A program made the translations under genes and the position numbers. From the human T2T-CHM13v2.0 reference genome, Homo sapiens: a stretch of 64,000 nucleotides of DNA. The number at the start of each line of letters is the position of its first letter. The stretch's first letter is position 1. The notes under the pieces were generated by a model. The model was not told the origin of the DNA and did not search any database. It was given only the letters and a program-made list of their open reading frames with translations. Of this stretch, positions 1 through 12,149 are shown piece after piece. Where the stretch lies: the NCBI RefSeq assembly GCF_009914755.1, contig NC_060937.1; one strand, given 5' to 3'.

Positions 1-489
1 TAAAATTTTTAAATTTCATGTCATTTAGTCTTCACAAGATTTTACCATGTCCAACACATTCTTCACTTACAAATGAAACAAATTTGTAAGATTTGTAGTA
101 TCTAATCAAGAGGCTATTCAGGAAGAAAGGTGGTCATTATCAAAGGGAGCATAGTAGAAATTGGTTCTAGAGCAGGGACTTTACATTTTTTTCAGTATGT
201 CAGTTACTCCAGTCAGAGTTTAATACCAGCTTCCCTTCCTCACCTTATTTCCATCTCTCCCATGTGCCTTCGGATCTAGCCTCATGGGAGCAATCATGCC
301 TGATTTGTGCAGCTGCCATTCCAATAAGTAGTGCGCCCGTCCTCACTCTCTCTGTTTGCATTCTTCCATTAAATAAAAGCCAACTTACACCTCAACTTCC
401 AATAAAGAAGAGGGATGTCTGGAAATGAAAAGGTATGGGAAATGTCTCCTCTACAGGTCTAAAATGGGACATTGACAGTTCTACAACCA

Positions 490-738
490 GATATTCACTG
501 AGCATTTATTGTATGCCAAGCATTCCTTGGAGAACTTTGCATGTATTAATTTATTCCATCCTCACAAAACCGTATGGCATAGACATTATTAGGAGGCCTG
601 TTTTATCAGTGAGTAAACTGAGATATAGCATAGTTATGTCCCTTCCAATGAAATGCAATAGTGAACATTAGAGACAGATATTAACCAAGTCACCAAGCAT
701 CTGCAGCCCGCTCTGTTAACATCTGCACCATGTGCCTC
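490..738 (-). mobile_element. MIR SINE
   Basis: Matches the reverse MIR pattern: ctgagcatttattgtatgccaagca...atcctcacaaaac...ttttatcagtgagtaaactgaga. Confidence 0.8.
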
Positions 739-999
739 CTCATTCACTCCTTGGTTCCCCAGAAGTACTTAAAATCTTGGCTATAGAGGATGGTAAAAAT
801 TTCTTTTAGCTACTCTGATTATCTGTAGTTCAGAGACAATTTGTGGATCTTATTCTAGATAACCTACATTTTTAAACATCACAGTTTCCCTAATAGTGTC
901 TTTTAAATATTTTTAGATTATAGATAATATACCAAATAGAATTTGTATTATTTTTCTTTCCTTCTCTCTGAGTCGATCTATTTATAGATGCAAACAGGT

Positions 1000-1100
1000 A
1001 CATGTGTGTATATATATATATGCATATAGACATATATATGCATATATAGACATGTATATCTATAAACATACATGTATTCATATACACACATATATATAGA
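1000..1100. repeat. (TA/CATA)-rich low-complexity microsatellite
   Basis: Alternating tatata/catata tract; explains the YICIY-type ORF 890..1198. Confidence 0.8.
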
Positions 1101-1619
1101 GGAGAGAATTCTGCTTCTTCTTTGGTACATGTTTTGAATGACTTTTGTTTGTCAACATAATCAACATCATTATTCTTTCCTAAATATTTCATTCTCAAGA
1201 TACAACTTTTTTACATTAAATAAAGTTAACTTTTAATGGCCTTGTGGTGTAGAGGAGCTACAACATGTGTCCTTATTACCAGAAATGACTATTTTCAAGA
1301 GGGGACCAAACACTGCAGAGAGAAAAGTTTCCCTGTGACACCTGAAAAATATCTAAATTATGTATGAAACAATGTTGCAGAGCTGTTAAATATTATTTAT
1401 GTCATTGTACTCCAGATAGAAAATTATTTTACCAAGCCACTTATTTTATTTTCCTAAAAAAGTGCAAAATTAACATTGCCTTTTGCAATATTAAAATAAC
1501 TGAGTGTTTTTTTCTGGGCTAGACTGTGCTGAATAATTGCCTCAGATATCCACTTAATTTTGAATAGCTTTCACGGCCTTACTTTCGTGAGTTGTCTTAA
1601 ATCTCAAAGAAGTGAATAC

Positions 1620-2160
1620 CAATGACAACTGGCAAAACATATTTACAGCACTTGACACAAAGTTAATACCTTCAATTTACAAAGAGCCCATACAAATTTA
1701 AAATGAAAGAATGATCGAATCAATAAAAAAATCATCCAAGGGTAGGAACTTGCAGTTCACAAAAAAAAGATAAACAGCTCATAAATTTATGAAAAACTAC
1801 TTATATTTATATGGTATGTGTATGTACAATTTATAAATATTTGTATTCTATTCATTACACTGTTATTAGGAATAGCAAAGCAAAACAATGGAAATACCTA
1901 CAGTGTCTACGGAGAGATACTTAGATGATTATCTAAATAATTTATGGCACTGTATATAATGGAATAGTCTGTAAACATTGGAAACACTGAAGACCAAAAT
2001 ATGAAAAAAACCTCCACAAGTGTTAGGTAAAAAATGCAAAGATCTATGCAGTATCTATATTGTGCTCACTTTTGTGTTCATAAAGAACTTAGATGACAAC
2101 ATATACCTATACATGCATACACATAGTAGAGTGTATAACTATTCTTTATAAGGAAACACA
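1620..2160 (+). mobile_element. Ancient L1M (L1ME-like) ORF2 C-terminus/3' fragment
   Basis: Degenerate L1 motifs tacaaagagccca-tacaaat, cagttcacaaaaaaaagataaac and tataatggaatagt. Confidence 0.5.
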
Positions 2161-2841
2161 ATACTGCAGTTTGTGTTATAAGCTGAGGCCCCATTATATA
2201 ATATCTTTCCTGAAAATATTGCAAAAGAATCAGATATATTAAAAAAGAAAGAGCTTTGAATATTATTGGAAGCCAAAAACCTCTGGCTTTTCCAACATGA
2301 AGCTTATGTTTTAACTAATTTGTGTTCACTGGGCATTAAAAATTAAAAGATAGCAGTATAAAGGAATATCTGATATCCAAATCTAGGAAAGAAATATCTA
2401 AGTTAGGACATAAGCAAAATTAGTCATCAACTAGCTAAAAGCTTTGAGTAATAAACAATGTCTCTGGGACTCAGTTTATTTACTTTTTCACTGTAAATGA
2501 GGCTGAATAAACTGATCAGCAAGTTCTCCATTGTAAGCACTGTGGGCTGGTTCAGGAAAGTTAAAGTTCACATGTAAGAGAGATTTGTCCCAGCCTTCAG
2601 TGTGAGTGTGATGTAGATGGGCAGAGATGAGCTAAGAGAGCAATCTCAGTACAAGAAAGAATTTGACACAAGTTCAGAATCTGTAAGTTAAAGGGTGTAC
2701 TTTATAAATAGAAGTTGGTACTTATAAAAGAAGCTTTAGAGGGACAAATTAGAACATTGAAATGAAGGTAAAGAGCATCTGTACTCCTGCTTGGCCTTTG
2801 AATTATAATATTATAAAACTTTCCAGATAAAAGAAACCTTA

Positions 2842-3315
2842 TGAAAAGTGTTTATTTGTGTCCTTTCCCCAGTTTTTAATGTTTTTTTTTTTGTAAGTTT
2901 GTTTAAGTTCCTTATAGAGGCTGGATATCAGACCTTTGTCAGATGCATACTTCGCAAAATTAGGTTGTCTTTTCACTCTCTTGATAGTTTCCTTTGCTGT
3001 GCAGAAGTTCTTTGGTTTAATTAGCTCCGATTTGTCAATTTTTGCTTTTGTTGCAATGGCTTTTGGTGTCTTTATCATGAAATCTTTGCCTATTGTTATG
3101 TCCAAAATGGTATTGCCTGTGTTGTCATCCAGGGATTTTTAGAGTTTTTAGTTTTAGATTGAAATCACTAGTCAATCTTGAGTTAATGTTTGTATATGGT
3201 GTAAGGAAGGGGTTCAGTTTCAATCTTCTGCATGTGGCTGGCCATTTCTCCCAGCAGCATTTATTGAATAAGGAATCCTTTCCCAATTACTTGTTTTTGT
3301 CAGGTTTGTCAAAGA
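2842..3315 (-). mobile_element. L1PA13-16-like LINE-1, inverted 5' segment (ORF2 C-terminal region)
   Basis: ORF 2839..3105 gives [20 protein letters not shown]...[15 protein letters not shown], which is L1 ORF2p. Confidence 0.92.
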
Positions 3316-4194
3316 CAATTTTCAAAAGAAGACTTACATGCAGCCAAAAAGTATATACAAAAAAGCTTAATATCACTGATCATTACAGAAATGCAAATCA
3401 AAACCACAAAGAGATACCACCTCACACCAGTCAGAATGGCTATTAGTAAAAAGTAAAAAAACAACAGATGCTGGTGAGATTGTGGAGAAAAACGTATGGT
3501 TTTACACTTTTGGTGGGAATGTAAATTAGTTCAACCATTATGGAAGACAGTGTGGTGATTCCTCAAAGACCTAATATCAGAAATACCATTCAACCCAGCA
3601 ATCCCATTACTGGGTATATACCCAAAGGAATATAAATTGTTCTACCATAAAAAAACACATAAACAGGTATGTTAATTGCAGCACTAGTCACAATGGCAAA
3701 GACATGGAATCAACCTAAATGTTCATCACTGGTAGACTAGGTGAATAAAATGTGGTATATATACATCATGGCATACTATGCACCCATTAAAAGGAATGAG
3801 ATCATGTCCTTTGCAGAAACATGGATGGAGCTGGAGGCCATTATCCTTGGCAAGCTGACACAGGAACAGAAAACCAAGTAGCACATGTTCTCACTTTTAT
3901 ACATGGAAGCTAAATGATGAGAACACATGGACGAACAGAGGGGAACAACACACACTGGGCCCTGTTGGAGGATGGAGGGTGGGAGGACGGAGAGGATCAG
4001 GAAAAATAACTAATGGGTACTAGGCTTAATACATGGATAATGAAATAGTCTCTACAACAAACCCCCAAGACACAAGTTTACCTATGTAACAAAGCTGCAC
4101 ATGTACCCCTGAACTTAAAATAAAAGCTAAGAAAAGGATATAGCAATAAATAAATTTCAACAAATAAAAGCAATAATAAGTTTCAACAAATAAA
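3313..4194 (+). mobile_element. L1PA13-16-like LINE-1 3' end (ORF2 end, 3' UTR, A-rich tail)
   Basis: atgcaaatcaaaaccaca...; 3' UTR aggatcaggaaaaataactaatgggtactaggcttaatac...gtacccctgaacttaaaataaaag. TSD AAA(G/T)AAACCTTA at ~2830-2841 and 4196-4207. Confidence 0.9.
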
Positions 4195-4207
4195 AAAATA
4201 AACCTTA

Positions 4208-5450
4208 TGCAGCCCACCATGCCCAAGCCCCCCACCCCCCCCCCCCGCCCGCGCAGTGGGCTCCCGCTCGGCCCTAGCCTCCCCAATGGGCGCTGCCCCC
4301 TGCTCTGTGGCGCCTGGTCCCATCGACCGCCCAAGGGCTGAGGAGTGCAGATGCACGGCGCAGGACTGGCAGGCAGCTCTGCCCGAAGCCCTGGTGCGGG
4401 ATCCACTAGGTGAAGACAGCTGGACTCCTGAGTCGGGTGGGGACTTGGAGAACTTTTATGTCTAGGCTGGAGAACTGTACATGCATCAATCATCATTCTG
4501 TGTCTAGCTCGGGGTTCGTGGATGCACAAATCAGCACTCTGTATCTAGCTAATCTGGTGGGGACTTGGAGAACTTTTATGTCTAGCTAAAGGATTGTAAA
4601 TATACCAATCAGCACTCTGTGTCTAGCTCAAGGTTTGTAAATGCACCCATCAGCACTCTGTGTCTAGCTCAAGGTTTGTAAATGCACCAATCAGCACCCT
4701 GTGTCTAGCCCAAGGTTTGTAAACACCAATCAGTGCTCTGTGTCTAGTTCATCTAGTGGGGACTTGGAGAACTTTTATGTCTAGCTAAAGGATTGTAAAT
4801 GCACCAATCCGTGCTCTGTGTCTAGCTCAAGGTTTGTAAATGCACCAATCAGTGCTCTGTGTCTAGCTAATCTAGTGGGGACTTGGAGAACTTTTGTGTC
4901 TAGCTAAAGGATTGTAAATGCACCAATCAGCACTCTGTGTCTAGCTCAAGGTTTGTAAATGCACCAGTCAGCACCCTGTCAAAATGGACCAATCAGCAGG
5001 ATGTGGGTGGGGTCAAATAAGGGAATAAAAGCAGGCTGTCCAAGCCACCAGCAGCAACCTGCTTGGTGACAGCTTTGTTCTTTTGCTCTTAGCAGTAAAT
5101 CTTGCTGCTGCTCACTCTTTGGTCCATGCTGCCTGAGCTGTAACACTCACCAGGAAGGTCTGCAGCTTCACTCCTGAAGCCAGCAATACCATGAACCCAC
5201 TAGGAGGAATGAACAACTCGAGATGCGCCGTCTTTAAGAGCTGTAACACTCACCGTGAAGGTCTGCAGCTTCACTCCTGAAGTCAGCGAGACCATGAACC
5301 CACCAGAAGGAAGAAACTCCAGACACATCTGAACATCTGAAGGAACAAACTCCGGACACACCATCTCTAAGAACTGTAACACTCACTGCGAGGGTCCGCG
5401 GCTTCATTCTTGAAGTCAGCGAGACCAAGAACCCACCAATTCCAGACACA
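4208..5450 (+). mobile_element. LTR12 (ERV9; LTR12C/D-like) solo LTR lacking the 5' part of U3
   Basis: Tandem U3 repeats (gtaaatgcaccaatcagcactctgtgtctagctcaaggttt), repeated gagctgtaacactcacc units, and terminus aacccaccaattccagacaca. TG...CA ends with a 4-bp TSD CTTA (4204-4207, 5451-5454). Confidence 0.95.
4480..5035 (+). promoter_or_regulatory. LTR12 U3 enhancer/promoter: multiple CCAAT boxes and an AATAAAA TATA-like box
   Basis: CCAATC at ~4605, 4687, 4726, 4804, 4845, 4923 and 4989; gggaataaaagc at 5021-5032. ERV9 LTRs are known NF-Y-driven promoters. Confidence 0.7.
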
Positions 5451-5627
5451 CTTACAGATGATTGAATTCAATCTTTCATTAAGGAACAACAGATAAAGTT
5501 TAAATGTACATATTTATTATACTATGAATAATTTGTATCTAAGAATTTATTCAGTGCCATATCTCTAGCCCATCTTTAGGTGTAATGCTTGTACAAAGAG
5601 GCCACTGATTGAGTGGTTGTTGAATTA

Positions 5628-6155
5628 AATCGTTCATGAAACAACTATGTATTGAGTGTCTACTGTGTGCCTGGTACTATTATAAAATCTGGAGATCATC
5701 CAATAAGCCAAGCAGACAAATTACATGCCTCATGGAATTTATATTTTAAGAAGGAAGATAAGAAAATAAATGACTATGAATTCATGCAAGATTTCTAGGA
5801 AGGGCTTGGAGAAAATTAAAGCAGGATAAGGGGAAAAAAGCACGTTCTCGTGGGTGGACATTATTTTACATTAAGTGGTCAAAAAAGCCTAACTGATAAG
5901 GTTTCATTAGATTAATGAATTGAATGAAGTGATGGAGGCAACAGAGAAAACATCTGGAGTAAGAATGACCCATGCAGAGGAAATTGCAAAAGCTGAAGCT
6001 GGAGTGCGCTTGGCACGTTCAAGGGCCAGCAAGAAAGCTACTGTGAATGGAGCCAAGTGAATGGGAAAGACAAGAGTTGAAGATGAGTTCACAGATTTAC
6101 TCAGGCCCAGATCATGTAGAACCTGGTGGGCTGCTGGAAAAACTTTGGATTTTGA
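5628..6155 (-). mobile_element. L2 (L2a-like) 3' region
   Basis: tattgagtgtctactgtgtgcctggtact...tgcctcatggaatttatatt...cagatcatgtagaacctg...actttggattttg. Confidence 0.8.
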
Positions 6156-9058
6156 ATTAATTGTCTAAGGTCATAGAAATAACTAATGGAATAACTCCAA
6201 ACCAGCACTGTTGATTTTTTCTGAACGATTATTATTTAAAATAACTAGCAGGCTTTATCCAAGAAGATACAAATTATGTCACCTACTATGTTATTCATTT
6301 TGCCCTAAATACTAGAAACCTGGGAACAAACTTAGTGTTTAATAACAATAATTGGCTTATTTCTCTTGGTTAACATATGCATTGCTGATTCCTTTACATG
6401 GCTTGATTTTTCTATGCTTTTCTTAACAGATAGATACTTTTTATTATTTGAGTCACTTGACTCATTTTGGAAAAGGTGTGGTGTAAACAAGTTAATCCTT
6501 TAGGAGAAATAACACTAGCAAACAAAGGAAACAAATGTCAGGAATTGTCTTTAAAGTAACATTTCACTTGTGTGATCTTAAAAGTTTCATATCAATGTGT
6601 CTATTTAAGTGGATGTCACCTCACAGTCAAATGGAGATTTTTTTTACAACATCGTGATTTACAGAGCATCTACTGATGCTAGAGGAATTCAGGCATGATC
6701 AGTACCTTTGTTAGGTTGATGACAGGACAACTCGACCAACATGGTAACCACTTCCTTACATGGCCCAGATACAGGAAGAGGATGAGTAGCAAAAAAACTC
6801 CATTTTATTAAAATTGAAGTCAGATTTTAGAAAAATAGGCTTAGGTTAAATAATCTTCTTTTTCCCCCAACTAAAGCCTAAAGAATTCACCATAATCGTA
6901 AACTTGATGCCAAGAACAAGACTTGCCTTTGCAGTTTTCACTGCTATCATCTTCTATTTTGTAAGAGTTTCTGCTGGAATATTAATATGCCATTCTTCCT
7001 TTTCAGTGGCCAAATTAAAAAAAGCTGTTTTGTAAGAAAAAAAAATCAAAGAAAGAAAGAATAATGTGATGAAAATAACGTTTTACAAATATTTGATTCT
7101 TGAATAATTTTGGAAATGTTGCTTATAACATTTGCTTATAATATGCTCAGGTTTCAGCTCCTCTCTCTTCTCTCAGGAATAAAGCATTTTTACTACTCAT
7201 TTCTTTCCTGGGCCCCTACCAGTCCTTTCCTAGGAAGAATCACAGGTTTAGGCTTGTCCCCCAGAATGACTTAATTTCTTATCTCCCATTTTCCTAAACC
7301 AAGAATTGCTTCAAAGAAGCATAAGTGAATCTCCAGGGCATAACATTAACATTTTGGGCTCTATTAAAATGTTTAAAAAATTAATAAAACATAAAAAATC
7401 ATAATGCAAATTTTGATATTCTGGGAAGAAAGACAAAGAACAATGCAAAAATGATGTCTACATTTTAAGTCAACAGAGTATACATGTTTTCCTAGAGGCT
7501 CTATAGTTTTCATGGCCAGTTTAGTAATCATGCGAAGTACTTAGTTAGAAGGAATGATTATTATATCATCATAAGCATGTTAATAATACAAACAGCAAAT
7601 TACAGCAATCTCTGTAATTATATGTACAGTCCCTATTAAAAATTTACATGCCTTCATCTGATTATGCTCAGGATAGAAACTACTTTCATACTACCAAAGG
7701 AAAAATGCATTTCAAGCTAAAATTAGTCTAACCAAATTCAATAGAAATAGTTAGAATATCCCATGGCCTACAAGCTATATTTCATATTAAACATGCTTCA
7801 CCATTTAGGTACACAATAAGAGAAACGATTCAGCTGCTAGGAGAGAAACAGATGGTGAAAGATACCTGCTGACCAAACAGGAGCAGCAGGGTGGAATCAG
7901 GGTGGGTCAGCTCATCTGGAAAGGATGCTTGCAATTGTCATTACACACATCAATTGTTTCTGATACTACTGTATGTCATGCAGTGCCCAGGGCCGTATGG
8001 CTTTCCTTGAAACATTTAACATAAAACTGCTGAAATATAATTTTGGCCTCATACTCTGAAGTGAGTTGCTAAGTCCTCACAATAAGAAATTAATGTTGCC
8101 AGCATTATATTATTTTAATTAAGCATCCTTCTCTTCTGTAAAGATACAGGAGCCTTGTATGATATATTTCCAATTTGTCTGCTAATTTACAAAACCAAAA
8201 TGATACTGTATTATTGTTATAAAGTTAATCAAGACTTTAATGGGACAGTTATGTTACTATCAAGGAATTTTATTATTTTTTTCTTACTATAATGCATGTG
8301 TTCAATGAGCTGATTATGCAGTGTGACAATGATTTCACTAATTACAAAATTATTACTGTATCTCTAATGGGAAGAAATTCCAGCTTCCTAAGTTGCAGAT
8401 TTAAATATGGAAATCTAATTTCCAGGGAAAATTAGCAAACAAAAATATATTTACAAACCCATTAAATATTAGTTTCAATTATATATTTATATCAATACAC
8501 CATTTTGTTTCCAGTCTTTTTGTCACATAGTGTAAATTTTGTTTTGAAAATATAATTATTTCAAGTGATATATACAATTATAACTGTAAAAAGGAGACAC
8601 CTATAAAATGTAACAATTGGCATTGAAATACTATAGCTAAAAATATATAAAACATCTAAGAGATAACATGGAAATGTGTTGTGTCTCTGTTTCAACAAAA
8701 ATATATATTTTAAGTTTCTGTTAAAAGAAAAGAAGTTGACAAGCTTCATATTTTAGTTTTCCAATTTTACTTTCTACATATTTCAGATTTTAGAAATTGG
8801 CAAAATCTATTAATGGAGGCTTTAATAGATAAAAATAAATAAAACATAAAGTAGAAAGGGAATGGGAAATAACCCACATTCATTTACAGAAAAATCCATA
8901 CCAATTTAGTTTTTGTTTCATGTTTAATGTTAGTTACTTTTCATTCTCCTCTTGTCATTAAGCTTAGAATGTAATTCCCAAAAGTACAGGGGTTTTCTCA
9001 GTTTTATTTATAGGCTGGTATTTGGAAGACACACAATAAATATTTTTTTGAATATTAG

Positions 9059-9185
9059 GGTTTTTTCTTTTTTTTTCTTAAGATAGGGTCTCATTATGTT
9101 GCCCAGGCTGGAGGACAGTACAACCTTGAACTCCTGGTCTCAAAGGATCCTCCTTCCTCAGTCTCCTGAGTAACTGGGACTACAT
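9059..9185 (-). mobile_element. Alu monomer/fragment (FLAM/AluJ-like)
   Basis: T-tail followed by agatagggtctcattatgttgcccaggctgga...ctcagtctcctgagtaactgggactac. Confidence 0.85.
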
Positions 9186-9789
9186 AATCTAATGTTTTGT
9201 CAACATTTCTGTATTTTCATATACATGTCCCCAGTTTAAAACAAATTGTTTTTACTTGTCATCTATTATTTTAAAACACTAATTTATTATTAAACAAAAA
9301 AGTAATACTAAAAATTAAAAATATAATTAATTTACCAATTATTGCTTTTCGTGAACATATTACTAAATCTGCTATAATTAAGTGTTGGATGGTGAAATAT
9401 ACAAAACATAAAACTGGGCACTATGTTTGTAATGTTAGTCTGGACCTATTGCTTTGGAAAGTAATTAATTCTATAGTACACTACCAATTTCTGGGTCTGT
9501 ATTACACAACCATTTTCTGGCTGGTTTCCCAGTCCTCCCAGAAATGGTCTCCATTTGATTTATTGCAGAGCCTACCTTTAAACAGTGTATCAGTACATCA
9601 TTTTGTGTTTTCTTAACAAAGGCATAATATTTATCACTTTTAAAAAAATTAGGCATCAATTATTATACCCCTGCATGGTACTACTCCTGTGGTGTTATAG
9701 ATAAATCTCAAATTATTAAGTAATTCAAATAACTGAGAAATAATTCTATAAAAAGTGATCGTTTTGGTGAATTATCATCATTAGCTTTA

Positions 9790-11080
9790 TGGCTATGTCG
9801 TATCTTCCTTACCATTATTTATTGTTGATCTACTTTTGTTTCATGGGCTTACATGGTAAGGTAAGATGTCTGTTAGCAATATCCTATTCCTGTCCATTTA
9901 TTTTTGCATTTTTATATTGATATTTGTTTATTTTTATGCTATGTTATTTGCACAAATGTAATTAAGCCAGTTTTAATCACCATTAAGGATGATATACCTG
10001 GGCTTTAAAAAGCTTCTGTTCCTGTTATTTGTTTTCCAATTCACTTTTAGTTTTAGTTTCTTTATGGCCCTAATATTAATGTAAGAGTACAAAGCACTCA
10101 TTGACCATTCACAAAAATTGATTAGATAATAATTTATCATTGCAGAAACCTAGAAATCATAATAAATATTAGAAGAAAATAAAACCCCTGCTACTTGGAA
10201 ACTGAACGAAAAAGTAACAGCCTTCTTAGATGAAAAAAAAGATATCAATGCTTAAATAAATGAATATTTTAAAAATAACAGTAATAAATTTTATGTGAAT
10301 ACATTAGATATAAACAAAACAATGCTCAGAGGAAAAAAATCACTATCATTTATTAGAAGCTATAAAAAAATTTAACGCAATTGATTAGGTTCACAAAGGC
10401 TTTGATCTTTAACACTTAACCTCCAATTTAAATTATAGATAATTCAATACTTAAGTATAAAAAGTAAAGACCATGGGGTATTGTGACATTTTGGTAATAA
10501 CGTTTGATAATATTTTAAATGCATTTCATTGTCATGCATCTATCAAATGAATTTCATAGATGACAATATATAATATATGTTAGTGTTCTGTGTCACATGA
10601 GTACTTGGATACTGCTGAGAGTTTAATACATAGTCACATGTACAGGCATTATCACAGTTTTTAGAAAATAATTCAAAATGCTCATAACTTTTAATCTAAT
10701 AATTCCTACTTATTGAAATTGCATATATAGGCAATTTATCATCCATTTTTCTTAAATATTAAAAAATTAAATCCACATATTTCAAAACCTGTAATAAAGT
10801 CTAGTAGTTATACAAACGCTAATTGTAACAAAACTATCCAATGTGTTATTTATGAAATAATGTTGAATGCAGAACTTAGAAAACATTTATAATAACATTA
10901 TAATGTAAACTGTTGGTACCTATAATAATTTTATAAAAATATATTAATTTAGACCAAGAGGAAAGTGCTATAGGAGAATGATCATGAAAGTAAAAGGGTG
11001 GTACAGTTTTAATTGTTAAGGTTTTCCATGTTATTATGGTACTATTTTGTATGAATATGAATACATTGCTTTAAAAAAAA
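9790..11080. mobile_element. Highly decayed L1M fragments (minus ~9790-10070; plus ~10090-11080)
   Basis: Residual ORF2 motifs such as ccattcacaaaaattgat, acttggaaactgaac and aatgctcagaggaaaa. Confidence 0.4.
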
Positions 11081-11084
11081 GTAC

Positions 11085-12149
11085 TGTAATTAGCATTTTC
11101 CAGAGAAACAGAATGAGAAGCAGAATAAGATGTTTATATATACATATAGGCAGAGATTTATAGGAAGAAATTGGCTCACATGATTATGGAATCTAGCAAG
11201 TCCAAAATCTGCAGGGTGGGCCAGCAAGCTGGAGACTCAGAAGAACCAATGTTTCAGGTAAGTCCAAAGGCTGTTCAGCAAAAGCCTATATTGCAGATGA
11301 AGTCCAAATACTATCTGCTTGAAAATTTTCTCTTGCTTGCAAGAAGCCTGTCATTTTTGTTCTATTTAGGCCTTCAACTGCTGGACAAGGCTCACAACAT
11401 AATGGAGAGAAATCTGTTTTACTCAAAGTCCACTGATTTAAAGTTTAATCTCATTCAAAATGAAGCAGCTACGTTTTCTGGGGTGAATATCCAGGGTTCG
11501 TTGTCTCGCACCAAGAAAATTTAGGAGATGGATACACATGAGGAGTTGAGAAGCCGAGGTTTAATAGGCAGAAGAAAGAGAAAGGAGAACAACTCTCTCT
11601 TTAGTGAGAGACAGGGGCTTCTGGAAGGGAAAGACGGGCCTCCTGTGGAGTTTGCCAGATTTTATAGGCAGGCTTGAGGAGGTGGTGTCTGATTTAGGTA
11701 GGGCTCACAGATTGGTTTGATCAGGTGTGCCATTTACATAGCCTGCATGGAGGGCTGGCCACCCCACCCAATGTTATTATGCAAATGGGCTCTCCACTTG
11801 ACCAGCACCATCTTGTCTGCTCCTTACCTTACACATGGCTGGCAAGAAGAGAAGATGGAGCCGCCATTTTGAACATGCCTAGTCCCTGGTAGTATTTTTC
11901 TGCTGTCATCTATATCTGTGGCTCGATTTTACAGGCTGCTCCTTGTTAGAAAGGAAAATGATTTGGGGCTGCTTTTCATTAAAAGGAAAACCTTACCAAG
12001 GACTTCCATACCCTCACTATCTGTCTAAGTCATTTCTTTTTAACTCCTATATCAAAAATACCCTCATAGAAATACCAAGAATAATTTTTGACCAAATATA
12101 TGGGAAACCCATGGCCTAGGCAAGCTGACGTATAAAATTAATCATCACA
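11085..12149 (-). mobile_element. MLT2 (ERV-L) LTR, interrupted by an ERV1 LTR
   Basis: tgtaattagcattttccagagaaacagaa...ttggctcacatgattatgga...; resumes at 12055 (aaaataccctcataga...tataaaattaatcatcaca). Confidence 0.85.
11461..12054 (-). mobile_element. ERV1 solo LTR (LTR9/MER61-like)
   Basis: Reverse strand starts TGATATAGGAGTTAAAAAGAAATGACTTAGACAGATAGTGAGGG; TG...CA ends; 4-bp TSD AAAA. Confidence 0.8.

Noticed and set aside
4226-4253. C-run with G-quadruplex potential on the minus strand
   Set aside because: A homopolymer expansion of a normal LTR12 C-tract; no further evidence of function.
4026-4529. 167-aa ORF
   Set aside because: Antisense read-through across the LTR12 and the L1 3' UTR; repeat-derived.
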